Origin: Chlorokybus atmophyticus
Lineage: Eukaryota; Plantae; Mesostigma and Chlorokybus algae
Assembly (NCBI GenBank): GCA_009103225.1
Contig: RHPI01002090.1
Span: forward strand, 1,039,932 to 1,103,931
Direction: 5' to 3'
Length of the DNA: 64,000 nt
The position numbers and the translations under genes were made by a program. A model generated the notes under the pieces. That model was given only the letters and a program-made list of their open reading frames with translations, was not told the DNA's origin and made no database searches. Every line of letters begins with the position of its first letter. The stretch's first letter is position 1. Below, one piece after another: positions 1 through 12,861 of this stretch.

Positions 1-2161
1 CCCCTCTCTCTTCCTGTTCCTCTTCCCCGTGCGCTCACCTTGAGGTCCAGGTGCACTGAGTTGCAGCGGCTTCCGGTGTTGCACCCTGCGAAGAGCAGCA
101 GCGTCAGGCCCCAATGGTGACACCCCGCATCATCACTTTAGTCCTCGCGCGGCGTAGGGGGCAGGCCCTCCGCGGGCTGGCAATGGCAGTGTTGAGGACA
201 TATGCGCATGTGTATGTGAGAGCCGCACACAAGCAAATAAACACGCACACGTATGTGCGCACCTGCAGGCCTCCAGCGTGGGCAGCGTTGTTCAACAGGC
301 GGAGACATGTGCGCGTGCTTGGCAAGTACGCTTGCGTGCGCGTGTGCTTGGATGCAAGAGACATGGAGACGGCGTCACTTGGCAGCAGCCCGCGGCACCC
401 TGTGTGTTATACATACACCTGCTAGAGAAACACTGCAACTGTCATGGACTGTTGTGCGGTCTATGGCGCTTTCAAACAGTCGCCTATGAGTTTTAGATCT
501 ATTGGCCAGGCATTACTGCTTCAGAGGTTGCACTGTCCAATGCAGCCTATGAGGCAATTGCTATCGGTATAGCCCAGTTCTAACAAGTTTATACATGCGT
601 GCCTACATGCTGAAGAGCACATTCGTGCTGGCTTCATGCCCGTGCGCATGCGCGTGCGTATGCAGTCAGTTGGGCAACTGGTTGGGTGAGTACGTACTAC
701 TTGACAAGTAGGCTTTGGAGCATAGTACTTGAGCGTGTGGGAGTACAAGGGCAAGCGAATAGACACATCTCTAAGCTCAACAGCCAGCTAAACGCATGCC
801 CCCCTCCCGTGCTCACCTTGAGGTCCAGCAAGTGCACCTACTTGCAGCAGCCCCCGCCCTTAGAAGCAGTGGGCTCTCCCCCGTGGTGACACCCTAAGTC
901 ACCTGTGCAGACTGTAACTGTAAATGTTTCATATGTGTCAAGTATTATACATGCGTGCACATGCCTGAGCACACGCGCACACACACAGGAACTGACACGT
1001 GCACACATGCACATGTACACATGATTATGCGCACACGCTACAAGCTTTGGGAGTACCTTAAGCACACACACATACACATAAACTTACTCTAACGGCAACT
1101 TGGAGCATGCGTTGTCTGTATATCTACCTTGCCAGCTGCTCGGTACCATCCATGCCACTTCAGGCAAGCAACTGCTGGTTGGCAGCACTTCACTTGAGCA
1201 CGCTCAGCCGCCTGCTCATTGACCGCAAGCTGATTTAGCAAGTCAGCTTGCGGTCAACCATGCCAAGCAGTTGCAAGCTGGCTAAGTCACTTTGTCTAGC
1301 GCAGAATTAAACATGCGCAGTTGCACTGCAGCTGTCGACAAAAGGGAACACATGTATTGGCAACACCTTGTCATGCAGACATGACATGACACCAGATGCA
1401 GCAGCTATAGAAGTTGCTGCTTGCAGGCGAGAGACTACGCCCATCACAGACCAGTAACAAACCAATACATCAGCCGCAACATGAACAACTGCGGCAGCAG
1501 CAGTCTGGCTGAGCAGCAGCCGCTGTCACGCTACGCATGCTTGCACGAAGCCCGAACGACAGCAATGCTACGGTATACACATGCTTTGGCTGCTAGAATC
1601 AACCTTCAACACAACAGCTAACACTCACAAGCACTGCCCGCACCACCGACCGCCGCCACCGCCGCCGCCAGCTTGGACCGCAGCACCAGCAACGACAGCA
1701 TCCAGCAGCTTCTACTGATGCTTCAGCATGCGCGGATAACCACATGCGCATTGCTGCTAACGTGTGCAAGCCCTTCCAAAGCAATCCTATGAGTCAAAGC
1801 TTAAGCCGCGGGGCACGCAACCAGCAATGGTTCATTGACCGCACAGGACCATGCCTGGTGCATAGCGGCCATCGTAATGTCGGACCAGCTGCTGCTCTGG
1901 TTCGCAAGCTGCCGCGGGGGCCGCGACCAACCCTGATTCTACCGTACGAACCCCGTGCTGCACCAGTGGTTCACTGGTTCGCAAACTGAGTGGCGAGCGA
2001 CCAGCCCTGGTTCGGTCAATCGGATCATGACGCCGGGCTCCTGGGCCGGACCACCGGTGGTCCGGTCATGCCGGACCAGGCGCGACACTGGTACGCAAAG
2101 ACGTACCAGAAGTAATCCGCGGGCCGCGTACGACTGGTCCGCGCGTAAAAGGCCCTGTGAA

Positions 2162-2582
2162 TGACAAGCGCGGTGCACACGAGCATGCACAGGTTCTCAC
2201 ACGGTGAGGGGTTTCTTGATAATCGGGACCGCGTGTTCGTGGTTCAAGTCGCTTCACAAGCTCTTAGCTTCTCATTCACAGTGTCACCAGTTGATCCGGT
2301 GAACACCGTGACCACTTATACAAGTCAAATCATGTCTGAGTGTAACATAAGCTAATGGTCATATTGAGGCTATTTTCACACAGCAATCCCCACTCAATAT
2401 AGAACACAACTTATAAATTGAACTCACAAATGAACAGCTACACGCGGTGCCTATATAGGCTATGGTCATGAGCTAACTACTGGTCAGTGACGCGCGCGGG
2501 TTGGTATGCTGGTAGGCCGGGTGAGGGTTTTAATGTAGGCATGCCCGATGAAGGCTGGTATGCGCGGACAATAGGCATGACA
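2162..2582 (-). repeat. LTR, probable 3' LTR of a PHD-finger Gypsy element
   Basis: Reads TG...CA and is a close direct repeat of 17016-17456 with scattered substitutions and small indels. Lies downstream of the minus-strand integrase-PHD region. No TSD found. Confidence 0.8.
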
Positions 2583-2862
2583 GCTGTCGGGTCGAGGAGA
2601 GTCGAGGGTCACGCTGTCTCGGACAGCTGCAGGGGAATACATACTCGCTAGCCATGCTACTGCAACATGCTATAACGTGTAGCAAAAGATAACCCCGCTC
2701 TTATGGCGACAAGTGCTTTGTGGAGCTGCTCCGCTGCAGCTGAGTAATATGGACATGTGGAGTTGGTGTCCTCCTTTGAGTACATGTTGTGCTGTAGGAC
2801 ACACAGTCAACAAACCATCCTCCGTGAGCTTCTGGGAAGGTTTTAATTCCAGGGCTCAGCTG

Positions 2863-3914
2863 CTAACGCGAGTGAGGAGGGCCGTTGGCGCGGCAATCGT
2901 CGAACCAATACTCATTTATGGGTATTGCGTCCAATGGGGGCTCCAAAAAGTAGCAATGCAGGCCCTTGTTACAGCCATCACAGAGCATCGTGAGTGCATC
3001 GTCATCGGCGCTGCCGCAGCATTCACAGCGTGTGCTGCGGGCGGGGCGAGGGTGCTGGATGCGCCCAAAGCCAGCTACGTAAGGGAGGTGACATGGCGCG
3101 CAGTTCACCATGTTGTCTTTCAACCTCTCTCCGTTTTGACCTAGGAGGTCCAGCACCCCTGTGGGGTACACCTTAAGTACCTTGTAGACGGTGCGGCCTA
3201 CGGAGGTGTCGAGCGTGTCCTTAATGGCTGCCATGTGGTAGGCAAAGTCCCCTGCTTGAAACCGCCGTTGGCGCTCCTTGTGAAAGCCGCTGCGCACGCG
3301 CTCGTAGCGCAGAGTGTCGCGGTGCTGCGCGATGCGTAGGTTGTTGAAGGCCATAGGGACGGTGCGCTCGAACAGCGCGGCGCGTGTGGTAATGTAGTGG
3401 TGCATCTAGTCAGAATCGTTGAGGTTGTTTACCACACGATCTACTTCCTGCTGTGCATGAAAGGGAAGCAATGGCAGACGGCCGAACAGCAGGTAGTATG
3501 GGCTGTACTTGCACAGAGCTGCCTGCTTTGACACTCGGTATCTAAGGGCACCCCACGGAAGGTGGTCGTCCCAGATGTTCTTTTCATACTTCAGCATGTA
3601 CATGCGGAGTGCCTTTTTGATGGTCTGCACTGTACGATTAGCGAGACTGTAAGCTTGGGGGTGGTCACGCGAGGTACGGCGATAATCGATGTAGCATCTG
3701 TCCTAAAGGGTGTTGAACTCCCCTCTGAACTCAATGCATTGGTCGGTGATGACCTCAGCGCAGCTGCCAAACCGGCTGAGGACATGAGAGAAGAAGCCTT
3801 GAGACACCCCCCTGCTGCTCTTGTTGAGTAGTGGCACCACCTCTACCCATTTGGAGAAGTGCTCAATCATGACCAGCATGTAACGGTTGCCACGTGCCGA
3901 GGGTGCCAATTCTC
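2863..3914 (-). pseudogene. Ty3/Gypsy integrase core and C-terminus with a PHD finger (disrupted)
   Basis: Integrase motifs GNRYMLVMIEHFSKWVEVVPL, EVITDQCIEFRGEF, WDDHLPW..LRYRVSKQ and YSPYYLLFGR. PHD-like CECCGSADDDALTMLCDGCNKGLHCYFLEPPL..IP..EYWF..C. Contains stops and frameshifts. Confidence 0.85.
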
Positions 3915-5364
3915 CACCGGTAGAAATGGGTTTCGACAAATCAGGTTGGATCCGCAACTTTGTAATGGACGAAGCCGGTCATTATTTGCGGAATTCGCAA
4001 AATTTACGGCGGATACGTATATATGTTGTAGCTGCAGCCTGAATTTTATTGCGACCGTCACAAACGGCAATCCGCCGGTGACAATTATAAGTACCGGATC
4101 CCCAGCAACGTTAAGGATTCGCTGTTTATGTAATCAAGGGTTCAAGCCGTGAGAAAGACTTGTATAAGTCGCAATTACAACTGTGACCAATCTTTCAACA
4201 ATGCGTCTTTACTCCCTAACGCAATTGAGGACTCGACGATAACATCAGAGTGCATTTATGTTGCATACTAAAGCTGTACACACCATCATTGAAATTGTGA
4301 CCAGTTCCATCGGCGATACGAGACTTCATACTGGACAACCTCGGAACGCTAGGATCGATCCTTCCATTATTACAACCATAACAATTATACGACCTCATCA
4401 TTGGCAAATTGCCGGTTCAACTCCGCGGCCTGTTCATAGCTTGCCCCGCGGCCTGCTACTAGCAGGCCGCGGGGCAAGAAAATAGAAGGCTGCGACTTGC
4501 ATGTATAATCATTGGTGAACCGTGGTAGCACGTGAGGTAAACATGTAAAGACTTGATCCCAACTCCGCAAATAACCTTGCGCCAGCAGGTGACGCACGGC
4601 GCGTAATGCAAACATCTGCAGGGATCTCGCGCTGTGATTGAACAGCACGCCAAGTCAAACAAAGTCTCCCTCCCAAGTCACCTTTTTAGTGGTAAATTTC
4701 ACCTTCACCTTCATCTTTGTGATACAAGTGGTATGTATATATAAATACCGTGGTATATATATACATGTATATAAAAATATAGATATGTATATAAACATAT
4801 AACGGTAGTGCCATTGTATGCAGCTGTTGGTGCATGCGTGATGCATGCATTGCGGCACGTGAGACATTTCAGGCAACCGCTGTAAAGGTTATATTATGTA
4901 CAAACGCGCTGCATGTTGTTTCGTGTCGTCGTAGTCTAGCCGGTGAATGTTTAGGTCGTATGATGTTGCTTGCTAACCCAACAGAACCTTCCGCACAGGT
5001 TCGAAACTTGGCGATGGAGACACGAAAATCCTTGCGTTGTGGCTCTTTTAATGTTCGCCGCAAACTGCAGCCATAACATTTTTGGTTAAGTCATGCATTA
5101 AGATTAATCCCCTTAATACATGATCTAACCAATGATTAGTACAAGATGTGGCCATAAGTTCGAGAAAAAATGGATATCATACTTAATGCACACCAGCTAG
5201 TTGACCTTAATAGCCGCTCGATACCAAACAAAGTTGTGGCTGCAGCAGCAAAAAGTGCAAAAATGGATATGTTGCTTGCATATGCATCCCCAATCAAGTG
5301 ATAGCTTAATCTCTAAGTAAATTGTGGGCAAGGCCGAACTGTTGGGGGGCCATTTCTACCGGTG
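3915..5364. mobile_element. Non-autonomous CACTA/CMC-like DNA transposon (~1.45 kb) inserted in the Gypsy integrase
   Basis: Perfect 15-bp TIR CACCGGTAGAAATGG (3915; complement ends at 5364) and 3-bp TSD CTC (3912-3914, 5365-5367). Removing it restores integrase ...GLDIL(R)ELAPSARGNRY. Confidence 0.85.
4440..4478. repeat. Perfect GC-rich hairpin (19-bp arms, 1-nt loop)
   Basis: cttgccccgcggcctgcta-c-tagcaggccgcggggcaag. Confidence 0.9.
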
Positions 5365-5790
5365 CTCTCAAGATGTCGAGTCCCAAACAATTGAAGAGAC
5401 CGGAGATGGGGAGTGGGTGCAAGGTGGCGCTGCGTGTGTTGAGGCTGGCGCGAACCATGTCACACTCTTGGCAGTGACTGATGAACCCCTGCACCTGCTT
5501 GGACAACCAATACCACCAATATTATGCCCTTAACGGCTGACTGTACGCTTGACACCAAAGTGTCCAAGCTCAGTGTGGACGGCAATAATGATGCCCTCGC
5601 GTGTGGCTGCTGTCGGGACCTCCTTATCTTCGTGGGAAGCGGCGATACAACTTGTCGTCTGCCCACCAAGAGTGGCGGGTGCGTTGGTTGACACGATCTC
5701 TCTCTTGTGCACTCATGCCGGAGGGAAGCTGGCCACTTTGAAGGAAGGAGAGTGAGGGCTTGTCCACCTATATGTTTTGCCTAGTGTCGG
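5365..5790 (-). pseudogene. Gypsy integrase N-terminal HHCC zinc-binding region (upstream half of the split integrase)
   Basis: LSFLQSGQLPSGMSAQERDRVNQR...HTELGHFGVKRT...MSKQVQGFISHCQECD...LHPLPISGLFN.LGLDI, with frameshifts. Confidence 0.85.
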
Positions 5791-6013
5791 TGGGTGCCAG
5801 CTCTGTGTCATCGACTTTAATGTCGACCGCGTGGGCGTCCCCCGGGGTGTGTGGTCACTGTGGGGCCGGTGGACTCAAGGGCAGGAATCTCCTTCGTTGT
5901 TGATGTGGAAGTGGTGTTAGTCTTGCGCCCTGAGCGTAACGCGGCAGCGGCAAACGTGGCTGCCACGGTGGGAGCTGCTGCTTCGGGGCCGAGCTCATGC
6001 CGAGCTCCGGTTG

Positions 6014-6340
6014 TGTAAGGGAGTGCTACCGCTATGCGGTTCCCCGCGCTTATTATTTAGTTAGTATTATGGGTCCTAACGGGTAATAAACAGCCAATTG
6101 AGCCGTATTAAGGCCTTTATGGCCTTAATGTAGTGTTAGCTTATCGCTAACACTGATATCGATGTGAGACTCATGTCTCACATCAAAATCAGCCGCATGG
6201 CGGCGCTGCTAACGCCGCCATAGCATCTTTTGCTCTGGCAGCCGCCCCGGCAGCAGCGGCGGCGGTGTGGGCCGGCGGCGTGGCTGGTGGTGGTGTTAGG
6301 GTAGGGGATTAAAGGGGGCGGTAGCACCCCCCTTCTTACA
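6014..6340 (+). repeat. Family 1 5' LTR
   Basis: TGTAAG...CTTACA termini, followed by the PBS; homologous to 12538-12861. Confidence 0.9.
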
Positions 6341-7259
6341 TTTGGTATCGGAGCGAGGGCGTGGGGCCTTGGGGGGAGGCGGCGGTTGGGCGCAGAGGCG
6401 GCAGTCGGCACTGCTCAGTGCCAACGTCAAGCCGGCGGCCTGGCAGCGGCGGCAGCGGGCAGCCGCTACCCACTAGGGTGGGTAGTGGTGGTGGTTAGCT
6501 AGTTGTTGTTGTTGTCGTTGAATAGTTGCATAGTTGCTGCTGTTGGTGTAGCCTAGCCTAGCCTAGCCTTGCCTTGCTTGCTTAGCCTAGCCTAGCTTGC
6601 CTGGCCTAGCCTAGCTTGTTAATGTGAAGGGGAGGCGGCCACTCAGGCAGCCTCACCTCACGTATATACAATATATTGCATCCCAGCACATCACTTGTAA
6701 ATATCACATTATTACTTGTGAGTGCTCGTGGTTGGGGCTGCCACCACATGGATTCGTGGTGGTGTAAGGGGTAGTTGTGGTTGTTTACACTTCTCCCACT
6801 CAAGAAAGCAATCTAACGCCAACTTGGGCTGATTTGGCCGCCATTCAGTGCGGTAGGGCTGTTTTGGCCGCCAAATTCATTCTGAGCGGCCAATATCAAA
6901 CCCTCGACTCACAGCTTGTTGATATCAGCCTGTAGGGCTGATTCAACGAGAGTTTAGCACCTTTTGTGTCATTTACAATTGTGACTTGAGCTGGGTTGTA
7001 CAAAGTGAAAACTTTGAGTTGTTATAGCTTGTGAACCGTCACGTCGATTCGCGTACGGTTTGTTCACAAGCGAGCGTCTTGTTGAGAGGTTATGGGCAGT
7101 CATGTTACGTGCTGTTGAGCCCAAGTATAGCACCTTGATATCAACGAGAAAGAAACAACAAATTTTGACACTTTCAGAGTGCTCAACTCGTATGCTTGTG
7201 CACTCGTGCACTTGCATCTTATTGACGGCCCGTCAAGCCGGGCTTGTCTCCTTGGGCAG

Positions 7260-8746
7260 ATGTCTTACCAAGGAGAGGAAGGCGGCATGTATCCCGTTCC
7301 TAAGGATTCATCCTATGAGCCATCAAGTGATGAGGAAGTGAAGCACTCGGCAACGAGTGGTAGTTACAATGTCAGTGAGGAGGAAGAAGCCAAGTTCAAG
7401 AGTGGTGAAGCTTCTTCAAAGAAGTCCTCTCATGACGAACAACCTATGGACGCTCAGAGCATCATCAGGGCGGACATAGCAAAGTACGCATCAGCGCGTG
7501 AGGCTCTTCTTGCTGCACACCACCAGCTTCGCAAGGAAGTGTGGGATGAGTGGGCGCAGCAAGTCTGTAACGCATATGAGACGGACTTCGCGGCACTCCC
7601 GCGCGCAAGCAAGGAGATGGTGATTTGCATAATCGAGCACGAGTTGACGCGTAATGTACCGCGACTCATGCGCACAGATCCAGCAGTGGCCGCTCCTATG
7701 GCCACTTATGACAAACCAGGCCCGTATCCAGGCTAGAGGATGGCAGTCGAGGCTCTCACCTTATTGACGGTGGAAACTCAGAAGCGTTGCAAGGACCTCT
7801 TCTGGTACTTAGGGCCTGAGCTGGAGGAGAAGTTAGCTCGAGAAGAGCGCTTAACTGCACGCCTCAATGCTATGCAGCCCGAGTTGGTGGCATTACGCCA
7901 GCAGGTGGCCGGGGCTACCACAACTATAGCAGGGACATCAGTTGGCCTACCCGTCACAGAGCTGATCAAGCCCCAGAAGTTCAAGCCCAATGGGGATGTG
8001 AACATTCATGATTGGGTGGTGAGTGTGAAGCGCTACTTGGCTGCACTTCAGCGACCAGTTTGGGAGCATACATCTGTTGCTGAGTTGCTCATGCCACCTG
8101 ACGCTTTGGCCCAGTGGGCACGTCAAACAGAGGATAGTGCTTCCAAGATTGAGAGGAGGCATTGTTGCAATTCTTGGTGGAGCGCTACGGTGACATGGAC
8201 CCGGCTACTGCTGCTCGCAACAAGCTTACCAAGCTGCGACAGAATGGTCGGGCGGCTTCAGTGTATTTGCAGGAGTTTCAGGCACTTGTTGGCCGTGTCA
8301 ATACTGGGCTCATGCTCATGGACAAGGCTGAGCAGTTTGACCTGTACAAGCGCGGCTTGGATGCGCGCTTGCGCGACTAGTTGCAGTACAACACGTCGAC
8401 GGGGCAACCGTGGGTTCCCGCGGACCTCGCAACCTTGCAGAGTTAAAGTGTGTATCTGTTCAACGACGATGCTGCGGCTGTGCAGGACAAGTCACAGGTG
8501 GTGGCTTCAGTCAAGCCACATGGGGGAGGGGGGAAGCGGTTCCCTCCACCAAGTGCGCATGCGGCGAAAAAGGCCAAGACCTCATACGCACCTGTGAGTG
8601 GTGCTACGCCTGTTGCAGCACGCGCCTGCAACGTGTGCCATTACCCAGGTCACATTGCGAAGAACTGCCCAACCAAGGGGAAGAGCAAGGCCAAGAAGGT
8701 TGAATATAATTACGTCGTAACTGATGTACCTTTATCTGGTAGCTAG
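7260..8746 (+). pseudogene. gag: Family 1 gag with CCHC zinc knuckle
   Basis: KPQKFKPNGDVNIHDWVVSVKRYL; DPATAARNKLTKLRQNGRAASVYLQEF; CNVCHYPGHIAKNC. In-frame stop at 7734-7736 and frameshifts. Confidence 0.85.
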
Positions 8747-11700
8747 TTGCTAGTGTTACATATAGCAAACTGGTTTGATGAATTGTCTCGTGTGCATGTA
8801 ATAACACATGCATGGCAAGCACATGATAAGCTGCCACTTTTTGATAATGAAAAAGTGGATGACAATGCTTGTGTGCTAGTGCATGTAGAGTTTAACATGC
8901 TAACAGAAGTTTTGCGCACATTGTGTAAGTTACCAAGTAAACACACGACACTAAGTGTGGTTGTTATGGTACCCAAATACCATGGACCATGGCTTAAGCA
9001 TACTCGGNNNNNNGGAACTGGGGGGGCGGAAACAATTCACAAAGCGTGAGACGGGGACAGTGCGGTTGTCAGCAGTATTAATTAACCCACGCATCAGTCA
9101 CGCATTCTTGGCTACCTTTCAAGGGCGAGTAGTACCTTTATTGTGGACCTTTATAGGCACGGCACATGGTAGTACTAGCTCGTTCTTGGTTGACACCGGG
9201 GTAACGCATACCTTTGTTGAAGAAAAATGGGTTATGCGCAATCATTGTGATAAGGTAGCGTGTAAACCCTCAGCCTTCTCAGCTGCTGGTGCTGGGGGTG
9301 CGTTATTAGTAAGTGAAATCAAGTTGAAAGTTAAGATTGTTTATTATCAAGCTAATGTAACTTTCATCGTAGTACCCATTGACATAGCTGGTGTTGATGT
9401 GGTATTTGACAAAAAATGGCAAAATCAAGTAACTATGACATTCGATACTGCTGCACGCTTGTGCACGGGTCGCATAGCTTGGAATACTAGCAAACAGATG
9501 CTGCGTTACTTACGGCGCTTCAAGTGAAGCGTGCGTTACGTAAAAACACACCTGCTTTTCTAATGCACTTATAGTGATGATATAATGCCTGGTAATACAG
9601 ATGGTGTGGCGGACATCATTGAGAAGTTTCAGGATGTGTTCTCAAATGAGTTGCCGGGCTTGCCCCATGATCGGGGTGTCAGGCACACAATACCTTTAAT
9701 TCTTGATAGTGAGCCTCCATATCGGCCTATATATAGGTTGAGCCCTCGTAACAGGGGGGAAATGGAAACACAGATAAAAGAGTTATTGGAAAAGGGATTG
9801 ATTGAACCAAGTTCTTCGTGCTTTGGCGCACCCATCTTGTTTGTTATGAAAAAGAATGGGAAGTTGCGCATGTGTGTCGATTACCGTGCTTTAAACAAGA
9901 TCATGGTAAAGAACAGATACCCGTTGCCAGGGATTGATGATGTGTTTGACAAGTTGTCAGGGAATGCGTACTTTGGTACGCTAGACTTGACAAGCGACTA
10001 TTATCAAATCCGTATTCATCCTTTGGATGGCTATAAGACAGCATTCAAGACACCTACGGGCCATTATCAATACAAAGTATTACCTTTTGAATTGACTAAT
10101 GCACCCGCTGTGTTTGAGAAGGAAATGAATAAAATTTTCATGCTTGATCAACATGTCATGATATACTTGGATGACATCATTGTCTTCAGTAAAACAAAGG
10201 AAGAACATAGGCAACACTTGGAAGCGGTGTTTGCAAGCATCGTTTGTTGGCAAATCACCATTTGTAATCTTTGTAAAACGGAGTTGCCCTTTCTTGGTCA
10301 CATTGTGAGTGGTGCGGGTATCATGCCTGACCATCGCAAAGTGCAAGTTGTGAAAGAGTGGCCCCAACCTTAGAATGTCCATGAACCAAGGTCCTTTCTA
10401 GGGTTGGCAAACTACTTTCGCAAGTTCATGATGGGGTACTTGACAGTTGTCATGCCTTTGACCAAACTGTTGCGTAAGGATGCCCCGTTCACTTGGACGA
10501 CAGCACAAGAAGCTACTATGCAAAAGGTGAAGTTGGCTTTAACATCAGCGCCGGTGTTAGCACTGCCAAATTGGAACAAACACTTCACAGTGGTCAGTGA
10601 CGCATCAACACTTGGATGTGGTGCGGTACTGTTGCAAGATGGCAGACCTTGTGCTTATAAGAGTATGAAGTTCATTCCTGCAAAGGTGAACTACACTACG
10701 ACACAGCAAGAACTATTGAGTATAGTTCATGCTTTTGCGACATGGAGATGTTACTTAAAGGGTGTTCAGTTCACTGTAGTAATTGATTACAACCCGTTTG
10801 TGTATTTCTCAAAACAGCACAACTTGTCGAGATGGCAAGCGCGCTGGAATGAGTTTTTGCCCAGGTTCACCTTTGATTGGGTGTATCGGCCGGGGAGAAC
10901 CAATGTGGCCGACCCTTTGAGTCGCTGCCCATCATTACTGGCGATGATGCGCGCGCAATTACTCGCAACACGCAGCACATTGTCTCCTGATGATTAGTTT
11001 GTGCAAGCTGTTGTACAGGGGTACACTTTGGACTCGTGGTTTTCTATTGCAGACAACATACAAAAATGTGACAAATGTGACAATATATATTACATGAGCA
11101 ACAGATTAATGATACCTGACTATGCTGAACTGCGTGTAAAATGCGTAGCGGATATACACGATCCATCGTACGCTGGGCACTTTGGTAGTCGCAAGACCAC
11201 TAAGGCAGCGCAACAGTTGTATTGGTGGCCATCGTTGCCTGCTAATGTCAAGCGGTATGTGGACACATGTGACAAATGTCAACGTGACAAACCATTACGT
11301 TAAAAGCCTGCTGGGCTATTGCGGCCATTACCAGTTTCTGACGGTAAGTGGGAAAGTGTGAGTATAGACCTTATCATTGAGCTCCCTGAGACAGCGTTGG
11401 GTCATACCGCGGTTGCAGTATTTGTGGATTGTTAACAAAAATAGTTCACATTGTTCCTTGCCGTACGGAGATAGGCTCTCGTGATCTAGCGATGCTTTTT
11501 GTCGCGTTACTGTTTAAGTTGCATGGCTTGCCTCGCAACATTGTCTCTGATCGTGAGCCGAGGTTTGTGGCTCAGTTTTAAAAGTCGCTATGCAACTTCC
11601 TGCAGATACAGCAGCACATGAGTACCGCCTATCATCTAAAGGATGGTCAGATTGAGCGCGCCAATCAAGCGATTGAGGAAACTATCCGGCATTATGTGAG

Positions 11701-12508
11701 TCTGAATCAGTCTAATTGGATATATATCTTCCAACGGCTGAGTTCGCGATTAAAAATGCATGGCAAGAAAGTGTGCAAGAAACTTTTTTTTTCAATTTAC
11801 AGAGTGCATCCATAAAGTCTGCGAGTATTAAGTTGCCGGCCAATGACTTGACTCGCGTCCCTGCAGCGTGCGAGATGGCTGCGGCCATGCAAGACAGGTT
11901 AGCGTTGGCAAAAAGCTGTCTGCGCGCAGCGCAAGACAAACAGAAAGCCCAAGCTGATAAGCATTGTAGGCAGGCCGATTATGATGTGGGCAATTCGGTG
12001 CTTTTGAGCATAAAAAACATATCCATTAAGGGAGTGGGTACCCGAAAACTTTTCCCTCGCTGGATAGGCCCCTTCAAAGTGGTTGATCGGGTCGGCACTC
12101 ACGCGTATCGTTTGAAGTTACCACAATCCATACGTATCCATAACGTGTTTTCATGTGAGTGTACTGAAAACGTACCGTTCAGACGATCGGGTTCGACCTC
12201 CTCCACCCCCTGTCGCAGTGGATGGCGATGATACTTTCGAGTACAAGGTGGAAGCAATCCTAAGTCACCGTAAGGCCCGACGCGGGCGCGCGCCAACTTA
12301 CTTGGTGAAATGGAAAGGGTATGGTGTTGAACACAACGCGTGGGAACCCGAAAGGAATCTTATCAACTGCCAAGAGATTCTTCGGGCGGTTGGAGTGATG
12401 TGTTCGCACGCGGACGGTCAAAGGGTGCTGGCAGACCGCTTCGGCCCTGGTTCTTTTCTCACTCAGGTTGTCAGTGCTCATGGTGGGGCCTTGCTAACCC
12501 TTCAATGA
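8747..12508 (+). pseudogene. pol: Family 1 pol: MTase-like domain, protease, RT, RNase H, integrase, chromodomain
   Basis: FLVDTG (PR); LRMCVDYRALN and YLDDIIVFS (RT); SDAS..GCGAVLLQ (RH); HDPSYAGHFG..CDKCQ (INT); YKVEAILSH..YLVKWKGYGVEHNAWEP (chromo). Multiple stops and frameshifts. Confidence 0.92.
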
Positions 12509-12537
12509 GGACATTGACACCTAAGTGGGGGGGAATT

Positions 12538-12861
12538 TGACGGAGTGCTACCGCTATGCGGTTCCCCGCCCTTATATAGTTAGAAATAAGGGTCCCAACG
12601 GGTAATCAGCAGCCAATTGAGCCGTATTAAGGTCTTTATGGCCTTAATGCAGTGTTGGCTTATCGCTAACACTGATAGCGATGTGAAACTCGTGTCACAT
12701 CGATATCAACCGCATGGCGGCGCTGCTAACGCAGCGACCGCCATAGCCAGGGGATCTTTCGATCCCCTGACTGCCAGCGGCGGCGGCGGCAACGTTGATG
12801 TGGTGGTGGTGTTGGGGTAGGGGATTAAAGGGGGGGGGGCGGTAGCACCCCCCTTCTTACA
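12538..12861 (+). repeat. Family 1 3' LTR
   Basis: Preceded by the PPT AAGTGGGGGGGAA and ends CTTACA. Confidence 0.9.

Larger units (their letters stand above)
6014..12861 (+). mobile_element. Chromoviral Ty3/Gypsy LTR retrotransposon, family 1 (full-length, decayed)
   Basis: LTRs at 6014-6340 and 12538-12861, tRNA-iMet-type PBS TGGTATCGGAGC (6343-6354), PPT 12523-12535, domain order gag-PR-RT-RH-INT-chromo. LTRs are visibly diverged and the flanks (GGTTG/ATGTC) are not a TSD. Confidence 0.93.

Noticed and set aside
27-900. Two diverged repeats (~27-130 and ~807-900), each ending in a minus-strand AAG|GTGAGC donor
   Set aside because: They could be duplicated exons, but I found no consistent reading frame or recognisable product.
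1800-2160. Palindrome-rich GC segment next to the LTR
   Set aside because: It has several short inverted repeats but no definable TIR pair or TSD, so it cannot be classified.
2581-2629. Inverted repeat (CAGCTGTC...GACAGCTG) where the PPT of the PHD-Gypsy would be expected
   Set aside because: The arms are only 8 bp, so it may be chance or decay; not enough to claim alternative priming.
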